A DNA stretch of 64,000 nt from assembly GCA_964106645.2 (NCBI GenBank), contig OZ067039.1; one strand, written 5' to 3'. Origin of the DNA: Podarcis pityusensis (lineage: Eukaryota). Shown here one piece after another: positions 37,541-49,033 of the stretch. A program made the position numbers and the translations under genes. The notes beneath the pieces are model-generated. The model searched no databases, had not been told where the DNA came from, and was given only the letters and a program-made list of their open reading frames with translations. Within the stretch, counting starts at the first letter, position 1. Each line of letters begins with the position of its first letter.

Positions 37541-40525
37541 TCAGGCTGCGCCCTGACCAAAGGCCTGGTGGAACAGCTCTGTCTTGCAGGCCCTGCGGAA
37601 AGATGTCAAGTCCTGGAGGGCCCTTGTCTCTTGTGACAGAGCGTTCCACCAGGTTGGAGCCGCAGCCGAAAAAGCCCTGGCTCTAGTTGAGGCCAGCCTA
37701 ACCTCTCTGAGGCCTGGGACCTTCAAGATGTTTTTATTTGAAGACCGTAAGTTCCTCTGTGGGGCATACCAGGAGAGGCGGTCCCGTAGATACGAGGGTC
37801 CTAGGCCGTATAGGGCTTTGAAGGTTAAAACCAGCACCTTAAACCTGATCCTGTACTCCACCGGGAGCCAGTGCAGCTGGTATAGCACCGGATGAATGTG
37901 ATCCCGCAGCGAAGACCCCGTAAGGAGTCTCGCTGCGGCATTCTGCACCCGCTGGAGTTTCTGGGTCAGTCTCAGGGGCAGCCCCACGTAGAGCGAGTTA
38001 CAATAATCCAGTCTGGAGGTGACCGTCGCGTGGATCACAGTGGCTAGGTCAGGGCGAGAGAGGTAAGGAGCCAACTGCTTAGCTTGGCGGAGATGAAAAA
38101 ATGCCGCCTTTGTTATAGCTGCAATCTGCGCCTCCATGGAGAGGGAGGTATCGAAGATTACACCCAAACTCTTAACGGACGGTGCTGGCACTAATTGCAC
38201 CCCCGCAAGAGATGGGAGTTGCCCCCTCAATCCCATATCGTCCCGTCCCAGCCAGAGGACCTCTGTCTTCGAAGGATTTAACTTCAACCGGCTCCCACGT
38301 AACCATCCAGCCACAGCCTCCAAGCATCTGATCAGTGTGTCTGGGGCCGAGTCAGGATGGCCATCCATCAGCAGATAGAGTTGGGTGTCATCAGCATACT
38401 GATGGCAGCCCAGCCCAAAACTCCGGACAAGCTGGGCAAGGGGGCGCATAAAGATGTTAAAAAGCATCGGGGAGAGTATCGCACCCTGGGGCACTCCACA
38501 CACCAAGGAGTGGCGGGATGACAGTTCCCCCCCAAGCGCCACCCTCTGTCCCCGACCAGAGAGAAACGAGCGCAGCCATTGAAGGACTGTGCCCTGGATC
38601 CCCACGTCGGCAAGGCGGTGGTCCAGGAGTTCGTGATCGACCATGTCGAAGGCTGCTGACAGGTCTAGAAGAATCAGCAGCCCCGACCCGCCTCGATCCA
38701 GCTGCCTGCGGAGATCATCTGTTAGGGCGACCAGAGCCGTCTCGGTCCCATGACCAGCGCGGAAGCCGGACTGGAATGGATCCAGAGCCGATGTTTCATC
38801 CAGAAACCTACCAAGCTGTTCAGCAACCGCTCTCTCAATCACCTTACCCAGGAATGGAAGATTCGAAACTGGGCGGTAATTGGATAGATCTAAGGGATCT
38901 AATGATGTTTTCTTTAAGAGCGGACGCACCACTGCCTCCTTCAGTTCCCCTGGGAATGTCCCGGTGCCAAGGGACAGATTGATGATACCCCCCAGGGGGG
39001 CCCGCACCTCGTCTGGACACGCTCTAATCAGCCAAGACGGGCACGGGTCGAGAGGACAAGTGGTGGGCTTTCCAGCTCGGAGGAGTCTGTCCACATCGGC
39101 TGGGGATATCCGGTCAAAGTGGTCCAATACTGGACCCGAGGACAGTCGAGGGGCCTCCAGTTCCTTTATTGTATCCAAATTGGCAGGGAGGTCATGGCGG
39201 AGCGACAGGACCTTCTCCGCAAAAAAGCTCGCAAATGCCTCACAGCTGTGTGTCAAATTATTATTTAAATTTGGCTGTCCTTCGAGGGACGTTAAAGACC
39301 GAATTACACTAAATAATTGTGCCGGGCGAGAGCTAGCGGATGCAATGGAGGCCGAGAAGTAGGACTTCTTAGCGGCCTTCACTGCCATCTCGTAGGTTTT
39401 CATAAAAACTCTATAAGATGTTCTTGAGGCTCCGTCACGGGCACCCCGCCATACTCGCTCTAGCCGTCTGAGGTCCCGCTTCATTTTCCGGAGCTCCTCA
39501 GTAAACCAGGGAGCCCGGTTTCTGCGGGGTCGCAGAGGGCACTTAGGTGCGATCTCATTGATGGCTGCCAGGAGCTGGGTATTCCAGCCCTCAACAAGCT
39601 CAGTCAATGAGTCGCCAGGGGGAGAAAGGTCCCGCAAGGCTTGACGGAACCTATCAGGGTCCATCAGCCTCCGCGGGCGAGCCCAAATCGGCTCGCCACC
39701 TAAGCAGGGTGGGGGTGGAACATCAATCCTGGCTTTCAGAGCATAGTGATCAGACCATGGCACCTTGATCGAAGGAAACATGATCACATCTATACCGACA
39801 CCAAAGATCAAATCCAGCGTGTGGCCTGCTTGATGTGTGGGGCCCGAAACAAACTGGAAGAGCCCTAGTGTCGCCATGGAAGACACCAGGTCCAGAGCCT
39901 GTGAGGAGGGAGTGGCATCGGCATGGATGTTGAAGTCCCCCAATACCAATAGGTTAGGGAACTCCAAGGCCCAGCCGGCCACCGCCTCCAGCAGGCCTGA
40001 CAGGGTGGCTGCTGGTGCGCTAGGTGGCCGGTACACCAGCCAGACAGCCAAGCTCACCTCGGAGCCCCACACTAGGCCAACACATTCAATGCCGGGGATC
40101 AATGGCGGTGGTAGAGCCCTGAAAGAACAATCTTCCCGGATTAATAATGCCACCCCTCCCCCCCGGCCCACAGTCCGTGACTGGTGGAGGACGGAAAAAC
40201 CCGGGGGCGCCATCTCTCGTAAGGTAACAGTATCCCCTTCGCGCACCCAGGTCTCCGTCACACAAGCCAGGTCGACCCCCTGCGAGATGATGAAATCTCG
40301 CATGGTGGCGGTTTTGTTGCCTATAGACCTGGCATTGCACAACACCAGTGACGGAGGTGAGTAATCCTTGCTCACCCTACCCTCGTCTCTCGGGATGGGG
40401 CGCAGATTGGAAGGGGTACGAGCATATCCGTATCTCGATCCCCTTCGCCTATGACATCTGCCCCCACCGCCATACCTCCCTCGCCCCTCCACAGTAGGAA
40501 TCCCAAGCCTCATACTCGCCTCCAT
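37541..40525 (-). CDS. L2 APE-endonuclease / reverse transcriptase protein (994 aa, intact)
   Basis: Endonuclease motifs LCNARSI, CVTETW, VYRPP, GDFNIH, GHTLDLIF and SDH. RT motifs NYRPVSNLPFLGK, QSGFRAGHGTETAL, LDLSAAFD, GVPQGAILSP and YADDTQLY. Confidence 0.96.
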   Translation of the reverse strand: MEASMRLGIPTVEGRGRYGGGGRCHRRRGSRYGYARTPSNLRPIPRDEGRVSKDYSPPSLVLCNARSIGNKTATMRDFIISQGVDLACVTETWVREGDTVTLREMAPPGFSVLHQSRTVGRGGGVALLIREDCSFRALPPPLIPGIECVGLVWGSEVSLAVWLVYRPPSAPAATLSGLLEAVAGWALEFPNLLVLGDFNIHADATPSSQALDLVSSMATLGLFQFVSGPTHQAGHTLDLIFGVGIDVIMFPSIKVPWSDHYALKARIDVPPPPCLGGEPIWARPRRLMDPDRFRQALRDLSPPGDSLTELVEGWNTQLLAAINEIAPKCPLRPRRNRAPWFTEELRKMKRDLRRLERVWRGARDGASRTSYRVFMKTYEMAVKAAKKSYFSASIASASSRPAQLFSVIRSLTSLEGQPNLNNNLTHSCEAFASFFAEKVLSLRHDLPANLDTIKELEAPRLSSGPVLDHFDRISPADVDRLLRAGKPTTCPLDPCPSWLIRACPDEVRAPLGGIINLSLGTGTFPGELKEAVVRPLLKKTSLDPLDLSNYRPVSNLPFLGKVIERAVAEQLGRFLDETSALDPFQSGFRAGHGTETALVALTDDLRRQLDRGGSGLLILLDLSAAFDMVDHELLDHRLADVGIQGTVLQWLRSFLSGRGQRVALGGELSSRHSLVCGVPQGAILSPMLFNIFMRPLAQLVRSFGLGCHQYADDTQLYLLMDGHPDSAPDTLIRCLEAVAGWLRGSRLKLNPSKTEVLWLGRDDMGLRGQLPSLAGVQLVPAPSVKSLGVIFDTSLSMEAQIAAITKAAFFHLRQAKQLAPYLSRPDLATVIHATVTSRLDYCNSLYVGLPLRLTQKLQRVQNAAARLLTGSSLRDHIHPVLYQLHWLPVEYRIRFKVLVLTFKALYGLGPSYLRDRLSWYAPQRNLRSSNKNILKVPGLREVRLASTRARAFSAAAPTWWNALSQETRALQDLTSFRRACKTELFHQAFGQGAA

Positions 40526-40783
40526 TTACAAAATACAAAAGCAAACAAACAAACAAACAAAAAACAATTACACCAAAACAAAACCAATCCCCACCCCACT
40601 CAACAACCATCCCACCCCAACCCAAAATAAAAGAAAACAAAATAAAAATACATGGATAAAAACCACCGTTTATGGTGGTACAACAAAGTAAAAAGTAAAA
40701 ACACTTTTAAAACACTTTAAAATATATAAAACGTTTAAACATTTGCTGCTGCAGCACCAGTGTCCTTAAAGTTGTGGCGGTGG

Positions 40784-42185
40784 TGAGTATGGGGCCCGCC
40801 CCCAGGCCCAAGGTGGAGAATGGGCTTGCAGGGGGAGCGGTCCTCCCCAAGACTCACCGGCAAAGCGGCAGCAGCAATGTCCCGAGGCCTCCTTGGAGCC
40901 TTATATGCTGAGGTGGAGTATGGGGCCCGCCCCCAGGCCCAAGGTGGAGAATGGGCTTGCAGGGGGAGCGGTCCTCCCCAAGACTCACCGGCAAAGCGGC
41001 AGCAGCAATGTCCCGAGGCCTCCTTGGAGCCTTATATGCTGAGGTGGAGTATGGGGCCCGCCCCCAGGCCCAAGGTGGAGAATGGGCTTGCAGGGCGAGT
41101 GGTCCTCCCCAAGACTCACCGGCAAAGCGGCAGCAGCAATGTCCCGAGGCCTCCTTGGAGCCTTATATGCTGAGGTGGAGTATGGGGCCTGCCCCCAGGC
41201 CCAAGATGGAGAATGGGCTTGCAGGGGGAGCGGTCCTCCCCAAGACTCACCGGCAAAGCGGCAGCAGCAATGTCCCGAGGCCTCCTTGGAGCTTTATATG
41301 CTGAGGTGGAGTATGGGGCCCGCCCCCAGGCCCAAGGTGGAGAATGGGCTTGCAGGGCGAGTGGTCCTCCCCAAGACTCACCGGCAAAGCGGCAGCAGCA
41401 GTGTCCCAAGGCCTCCTTGGAGCCTTATATGCTGAGGTGGAGTATGGGGCCCGCCCCCAGGCCCAAGATGGAGAATGGGCTTGCAGGGGGAGCGGTCCTC
41501 CCCAAGACTCACCGGCAAAGCGGCAGCAGCAATGTCCCGAGGCCTCCTTGGAGCCTTATATGCTGAGGTGGAGTATGGGGCCCGCCCCCAGGCCCAAGAT
41601 GGAGAATGGGCTTGCAGGGGGAGCGGTCCTCCCCAAGACTCACCGGCAAAGCGGCAGCAGCAATGTCCCAAGGCCTCCTTGGAGCCTTATATGCTGAGGT
41701 GGAGTATGGGGCCCGCCCCCAGGCCCAAGATGGAGAATGGGCTTGCAGGGGGAGCGGTCCTCCCCAAGACTCACCGGCAAAGCGGCAGCAGCAATGTCCC
41801 GAGGCCTCCTTGGAGCCTTATATGCTGAGGTGGAGTATGGGGCCCGCCCCCAGGCCCAAGGTGGAGAATGGGCTTGCAGGGCGAGTGGTCCTCCCCAAGA
41901 CTCACCGGCAAAGCGGCAGCAGCAATGTCCCGAGGCCTCCTTGGAGCCTTATATGCTGAGGTGGAGTATGGGGCCTGCCCCCAGGCCCAAGATGGAGAAT
42001 GGGCTTGCAGGGGGAGCGGTCCTCCCCAAGACTCACCGGCAAAGCGGCAGCAGCAATGTCCCGAGGCCTCCTTGGAGCTTTATATGCTGAGGTGGAGTAT
42101 GGGGCCCGCCCCCAGGCCCAAGGTGGAGAATGGGCTTGCAGGGCGAGTGGTCCTCCCCAAGACTCACCGGCAAAGCGGCAGCAGC
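40784..42185 (-). repeat. Tandem array of about 10.7 x 131-bp GC-rich monomers (L2 5' UTR)
   Basis: ATGGGCTTGCAG recurs at 40820, 40951, 41082 and so on to 42130, an exact 131-bp period. Units differ at only a few positions. Confidence 0.98.
40875..40934 (-). promoter_or_regulatory. Putative Pol II core promoter in each monomer (GC box, TATA box, start site); one representative unit shown
   Basis: Minus strand reads GGGGGCGGG-20 nt-TATAAGG...GACATTGCTGCTGCC. The first T of TATA (40905) is 30 nt upstream of 40875, which is the monomer position where the element terminates (42185 = 40875 + 10 x 131). Confidence 0.65.
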
Positions 42186-44799
42186 CATTCATGCAGTTGC
42201 TAATTGTGCGAATGGCATAACATCTAGTTTGGCCTACAGATTCACAAAAGAATAGTGGAAGTATGCCTTTGGGACATAGCAATAGCATAGGAAGCTGTCC
42301 TAGATCTATCTCAACATTGTCTTACACTGGCAGGACTCCTGGAAGAGTCACTCTTTTGCAGCCCCACTTGAAGATGCTAGGGATTGGACCTGAGACCTTT
42401 TGCATGCAAAGAGGTGCTCTACCAAGCAAGCAACAGTCTTTCCCCAAATGGGCAATGTTGCACTGATGAAGATACTAGAATACTAATGTACTTTTGGAAG
42501 GTTGTGGAATGACTTTCTGATTAGCTGTGTGACATATTGAATCAAAAGCTGGTGATCAGCTGCTTGGACTGGAGGAACAGGAGAAGAGGATGATACAGAA
42601 CAAGAGCCAAAGAAGGAAATGCCATCAGACTGCATTCAGAAGCAAAATGCTAAGTCAGTGTTAGGGCTATTGAGCAGTGCTGAGAACAGATGCAAAATGC
42701 AATCATCTTCTCCTTGAAAACAACAGGGAATATGAATCCCAGTTCTGTGCAAAGAATGCGATAAGCCTTTGCCACATGATCGCCTTTTTCCTTTGGGAGG
42801 TAGCACATTTTACATAACTCCTACAATTTTTTTTACTTCTAATGCAAGTCGTTATTTACATAGGCTGATCCTGTGATTAGCATTTCATCTCTTCCCATGT
42901 TTACAAACTTTTAGCATCCATACAGATAAAATACTAGGTTGTTGGTTTTTAAAAAAACCCACTCCTAACAAACCTGATTCTGACTTCATAACTGAAATAC
43001 TTTGCATTTGCCTTTGTTTGAATGAGATTTTGCTTAGTGTGTCGATTATCAAGCCATTGTCAACTTTAATCCTCCATAGAATCCTCTGTACAATTTTCTC
43101 TGCTTTGTGTCATCTAAAAATCCTAAGAATATAAAGTGAAGAAATGCAAGCAGTTGAAAAATGCTGGACCAATAGTGCTACAGAATGCTACTTGTTTCTA
43201 GGACACCGTCACAAATTGCAAGCTGTACAATGTCCCCAAATTTTAGCCAGTTATCACTTCCCATTTTCCTTCTGGACATGAAAGGCCACCTGGAACAATA
43301 AACTGTATTGTGGGGGGCAGGCGTAAATAGGTTGGCACAAACCATATGTTGTTGTTTGGGGAATTGTTTTGTCAATCACACTTCATGTGATGCCACAGAA
43401 AGACACACACACAAAAAAAATTTCTGGGGTCCAAAATCACCCCCAGCATACACTGGAAATATCACTAGGGTACTACAGACATCCCAAAAACCATTAATGT
43501 AATTTTAAATATTGAGAATGGTTTCGGATTAACCGGATTTACCCAATCGGACACTCTCCAGATGTTATTGGACTACAGCTCCCATTAGCCCTAACTAGCC
43601 CTAGCCCTGATGGTCAGGGATGGTGGGAGTTGTAGTCAAACAACATTTGGGAGAAACTAGGTTGAGCAAAGGTTAGCAACAATTAGCTTTTTATAGGAAA
43701 GGAGTAATGAACAAGAGGGAATAAGAGGTTATACAATGATGCCAGGTGGGCTGGAGGGAGGAAAGAAGGTGCTGCCTTCTGCTTCATATTTTCCATTTAT
43801 TGTTGTACCCATGAGAGCAGTTTGCATTATTACTGAATTTGCTAAAGCACTTTGTGACCTTTTGAGATGAAAGGTGTAATTTAACTGAAAGCGAAATTCT
43901 ATTTATCAGTGCTTTACTATCGTAATGAATGTACAGATTCGGGCTTTGTGCTTAAAAGGGGCTCTCTGCTAGACAAGCAACATTTCTGGAGAACAACACC
44001 TAGCATAATATAGATTGCTTTGTTGAGAGAATGACTGTGGACTAGCATTGTTCAGTGGGGACTATAGTTGAGAATCACTAATGTCTTTCTTCCAGCAAAG
44101 AGCTATTATTTGGGAATGTTTTTCACATTATGGCTATGACATAGCATAACAGGCATTTGAATGTGTTCGCTCCTTCAGAAGGGTCATATCTGGGGTTCAT
44201 GGCTCTGAATATCAGTTTCAGGGAATCACAAGTGGGAAGAGTGCTGCTTCACTCAGATACCATGGGCATCTGGTTGGTACTGTGGGACCAGGATGCGGGA
44301 CTGTGATGGCCCTTTGGCCTGATCCAGCAAGGCTCTTCCAATGTTCCTATATAAGAATTTACTGCACCTTCCTTCCTTCCTTCCAATGCAGAGAGCATTT
44401 CCATTCCTGATTATATGGACTCACATGCATATTATATATTATGCACTTGGTTGTATCCTGTATTTGCGTTTTCCAGATCCTGCTTTCAAATGGATGAAAA
44501 ATTAACCAAGTTGACAAATATGATCCAGGGTGAAACAGGGATGAGTTGTTCATATTCTGTGATTCTGACAAAGAGTTCAAGGACCCCATATTTTTTCAAA
44601 ACTCCAGAATTTTCTAGTCCTGATTGTGGCAAGGATGGTGCGGGTATCTTTTCACATGTGTAATGCATTACTTTAAAAGTTTGTGGACGGCCTAAGACTT
44701 CCATTAATATTAGTGTGTAACAGCACCTAATAGCTCCTGTAAAATAGTTGTAACTTGTCCCGGAGAAAGGCCGGTAAAATTTTTAACGATTAGAATAGT

Positions 44800-45480
44800 A
44801 ATACATCAAATAGAATTTTGAGAACTATGCACAGTATTCCAAATATGCTCATCCCATAAGTTGTATTATGTTACTTATATAATATATATTATATGTATTA
44901 TGCATTATATTGGCAATTTTTATTTTTAGTCACTTTTCTAATTACCCCAAAAATTGAATCTACTTTATTCACAGCTGCTGCAGCATTTTCTGAGAGCTAT
45001 CCAGTACAAGCACCAGACGTCTTTCCTGGATAGCCACTGCCAGTTCAGATGTTATAAGCATGCCTCTATTTATTGTCTTGTCTGCTCCCATTTTATTAAT
45101 GTACAGTAATGTATTCTTGCTGCCCACCACAAGATCAGTTTGATATAGAATGGGTTGTAAATATCGAAATAAAATAAGAAAAAAAGCAATCCGTACTTGT
45201 AAAGTTAGGTAATTGTCTCAATATAGCAAGAGAAGTATGATTCAGAATATGGACCAAAGACTACAACCTTCACTTTGTAGCATTCAAGTTCTGGACTCTT
45301 CAAACATCCTTTTATCTATGCAGTTGACAACATACACAGCTTCACAAATCAAAGATGTCACAGACGCTACAAGAAATATCATCCAAATCACTTTCAAATA
45401 AGCTTGTATCAAGCAGTCAGGATGTCAGTTTAGTATCTGACCTGGAAGATGACACCTTCAGGATCATGCAAGAATTAGTA
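44800..45480 (-). mobile_element. Decayed CR1-like RT fragments
   Basis: GAACTATGCACAGTATTCCAAATATG and TTCACAGCTGCTGCA resemble the antisense of the CR1 RT C-terminus. Confidence 0.45.
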
Positions 45481-46655
45481 AGATGCCTAGACGATTTCTG
45501 TATTACCTACAGAAAATAAGTGAACACTTCTTGGCAGGAGGGTTTTTTTGTTTTGTTTTTTAAATCTTTCTCAGGGATGTTTTGTTCCAAATGGAGCAAG
45601 GTTCACCACTCAAATTAAAATGTAGAATATAGGACAGAATGGTAATTTAGGGAAAGAAAAGCGCTAGAAAAAACAATGCAGGAGATAGCAGAGTCGAAAT
45701 GTGGTTTCCATGACAACAAATCCACAAGAAGTCTTTATATTCATATTGTTTCTTATGATGGATGGGCCTGTTTGGGGCAGGCAGGGTGGGCTGGCAAATT
45801 AGGATTTATAATCTTATTGAAGAATTGTTCCTAGTTTGAAACACATCTCTAAAAAGTGTAAACCCACCAGGTGGCATGTAGGATATAAACGTAGCGTAAG
45901 GTGCATCGTGTTTCACACTGAGCAAAGCACTAAGTGTATGGGACACTGGGATACATTTTGTGATGTGAAAATTGTTTTACCAACGCACCGTGTTCTCAAT
46001 GATTCCTAAGTAGTAACTCCACTGTGAAAAATGTATACATGCTAAAATGTGAAACCAGCTTTGAACTGAATCATATTTCCTACTGAAAAGCACGAGTATT
46101 CTGCTCTAAAAATATACTATGTCAGGAAAACCAGCTGGACCTATTTGCTGCAATTTTCTGTGGCTTGTACATCAAGCTTGACCAAACCTATTGAGAATAA
46201 TAAACTTGAATACATATTGAGGACCTATTTTGTGTGCCTGAAAGCAGATATACCGGTGGCCGCTCTCCTTTGAGGGCCCAAGGACACTTATTTGGGGAAG
46301 CAGGGAGTGCCATGGGCACCACAGACACAATAGTTGCTGCAAGTTTTGTCTTACCACAACTGGCAACTTTGAGTGCTGCCTAACACAAAATGGTTATCAT
46401 GGGGGAGAATTACAGCAACCAAGGTATGGATAAATTTAAGATAAATTTGTTAGAAAGCAAACATTGTATTCTAAAAGCATTTGTTGTGATGTTTTTTAAA
46501 AACATCTCATTAAAACTACAAGCTTTCTTCTTTTATAAGAAAGCTCAGAGTATGAGTCCCATGAGAGCTGTGGATCCTGTACCACCATCCCCTCTGCACT
46601 TCCACCCCACAGTGGCCGTGCCAGCAGTAACATTTTATTTTGGAATTAGAATGCC

Positions 46656-46656
<1 letters not shown>

Positions 46657-46691
<35 letters not shown>

Positions 46692-46967
46692 TTATTATTT
46701 GTACACCGCCCATCTGGCTGGGTTTCCCCAGCCACTCTGGGCAGCTTCCATAGAAACCAAAAATACATTAAAATATCACACATTAAAAACTTCCCTGAAT
46801 AGGGCTGCCTTAAGATGTATTGTGAATGTCAGGTAGTTATTTATCGCTTTGCCATCTGATGGGAGGGCGTTCCACAGGGCGGGCGCCACTACCGAGAAGG
46901 CCCTCTGCCTGGTTCCCTGTAGCTTTGCTTCTCGCAATGAGGGGACCGCCAGAAGGCCCTTGGCACT
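46657..46967 (-). mobile_element. L2 3' end fragment
   Basis: Translation SAKGLLAVPSLREAKLQGTRQRAFSVVAPALWNALP with a (TTA)n tail. Same subfamily as 1341-2322. Confidence 0.92.
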
Positions 46968-47460
46968 ACTGCTTCTCCCTCTCAATAAATTCAATTTTGC
47001 AGAGGAAATAGATGTAAGTAGCAAATTATGAACCTCCACTTTTAAATTGCTTTGTTTTCCACTGTGAAGGACAGGATATTTTAACTCACCTACTTAGTTT
47101 TCTTTCAGGGCATATGAAATGAAACATAAACAAGATAATATATAACGGGGTAAAAAGCAAAAGGCATTCCTTGCTTTGGTTTATCAGTAATTTGGGTTAG
47201 GAATAACGGAACTAAATCCTGAAATCCATAGGCATCAGTGTACATTTTTGTGCATCCGGCAACCCGTTTTTCTTTTTCTTTAAAAATAAAACCTTCCCAA
47301 ATGTACATGTACAATAAATTGTTCAAGTATATACAGAGATTCAGACTGTTGGATGGGTATCAGTATCTCCAAGTTTGACATGTGAGAAGGCAGGAATAGA
47401 CACAGGAATGAAAGGATGGACTCCACACCTTCTCAGATTATGTACTGCTTTACCTGAGTA

Positions 47461-47702
47461 CAGTGGTACCTCAGGTTACATACGCTTCAGGTTACATACA
47501 CTTCAGGTTACAGACTCCGCTAACCCAGAAATAGTGCTTCAGTTTAAGAACTTTGCTTCAGGATGAGAACAGAAATTGTGCTCTGGCGGCGCGGCAGCAG
47601 CAGGAGGCCCCATTAGCTAAAGTGGTGCTTCAGGTTAAGAACAGTTTCAGGTTAAGAACGGACCGCCAGAACGAATTAAGTACTTAACCCGAGATAGCAC
47701 TG
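47461..47702. mobile_element. Tc1/mariner (Tigger-like) MITE
   Basis: TA-CAGTGGTACCTCAGGTTA ... TAACCCGAGATAGCACTG-TA, with internal TTCAGGTTA repeats. Confidence 0.9.
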
Positions 47703-48791
47703 TACAACAGAGCATAGGCTTAGGTTGTTTTTTGTAGATTGTGTCTACACTCAGACTTCGCATGCTGAGATGGGGGACTACCTAATGTTGATATTGTATT
47801 GGCAAACATGAGTTTCCAAACCTGGCTTTGCTGAGGTACCATAGAGAGTCTAGACGTTTGTAGAATGAGAATCAGTGGGCAGGTGGGTGGTTATTTTTCT
47901 AGTCCTCAGACTTATCTTCAACCTCAGGACCCAGTTGGTGATAAATTCCTTAAAAACAGTCAGGACAGAATATGCAGGGGAGACACTGCCTCCCCTTGCC
48001 AATTCTCCTCTGTAAAAGCCACCCCCAGATTAATATTATAAGGCAAACATGGAGTTGGAAACCCTGCATTTGTATTGCAATATACAGTCCCTCCCCCAAT
48101 GAGGTAGAAAGGAGTAAACAATGAGAAGGTGCCTGGAGAAGGCAGAATGACAGAGGTGAGAATGGCATCCTCTTTATTAAAACCCACAAAATATATGCAA
48201 GTAACAGTGTTCATTGTAGGAACATCATGAAGACATTACTGGGCAGTGCATTATTCTGTATAGGAAGAATATCTAGAAGGGATTAACAGGATGTTCTGAG
48301 TATCAGTAGAATTTCCCTGATGCACTGCCGAGGTTGATGATGTGAGCATTGCTACAGTGCTTGCAAGGTCCTATAACTGTATTTCACCATTTACTGAGAC
48401 TCATCATCTGAAACTGTTATAGAAGCAGGTGTGAAACACTGCTAATTGGATGGGTCACTTCAGTAGGGTTGCTTTGCAAGAGCATATTAATCTTCTGCTG
48501 CACTGGTTAGTGAGCCTGACAACGGAAACCAAATAGGCCATTAATTATTGTATCTGTTTCCATTAATAGCAACAAGGATTATCGTTTATACCAATTGTTG
48601 GTATCTCAAAGTAGTTTATAAGCATTTACTAACAAATCTTCACCTCCTCCCCTGGAGAGGGGTAAGGTGCCACTAAGCTTACTTTGCAAGCTTGGAAGAA
48701 CAAAGAGAAAAAAGAGACCTGTTGCAAGCTCAGCTCTGATCTGAAGTTCTTTGCCCATATTATGCAAAAGTAAAGATGGCTTGACACAGTA

Positions 48792-49033
48792 CAGTGGTAC
48801 CTCGGGTTACATACACTTCAGGTTACATACGCTTCAGGTTACAGACTCTGCTAACCCAAAAATATTACCTTGGGTTAAGAACTTTGTTTCAGGATGAGAA
48901 CAGAAATCGTGCTCTGGCGGCACGGCAGCAGCAGGAGGCCCCATTAGCTAAAGTGGTGCTTCAGGTTAAGAACAGTTTCAGGTTAAGAATGGACCTCCGG
49001 AATGAATTAAGTACTTAACCCAAGGTACCACTG
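48792..49033. mobile_element. Tc1/mariner (Tigger-like) MITE, second copy
   Basis: TA-CAGTGGTACCTCGGGTTA ... TAACCCAAGGTACCACTG-TA. Same family and orientation as 47461-47702. Confidence 0.9.

Larger units (their letters stand above)
37345..42185 (-). mobile_element. Full-length young L2 LINE (single ORF) with a 5' tandem monomer array
   Basis: (TTA)n tail at 37345-37382, 3' UTR, intact 994-aa EN-RT ORF, unique T-rich leader at 40526-40783 and a 131-bp array to 42185. CpG-rich, no TSD seen. Confidence 0.92.

Noticed and set aside
40784-42185. CRISPR-like array next to a reverse transcriptase
   Set aside because: The units are near-identical over the full 131 bp with no unique spacers. There are no cas genes and the context is eukaryotic.
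40820-42220. Series of 117-aa plus-strand ORFs
   Set aside because: An artefact of a GC-rich 131-bp period (not a multiple of 3, so the frame cycles every three units). They are antisense to the L2.
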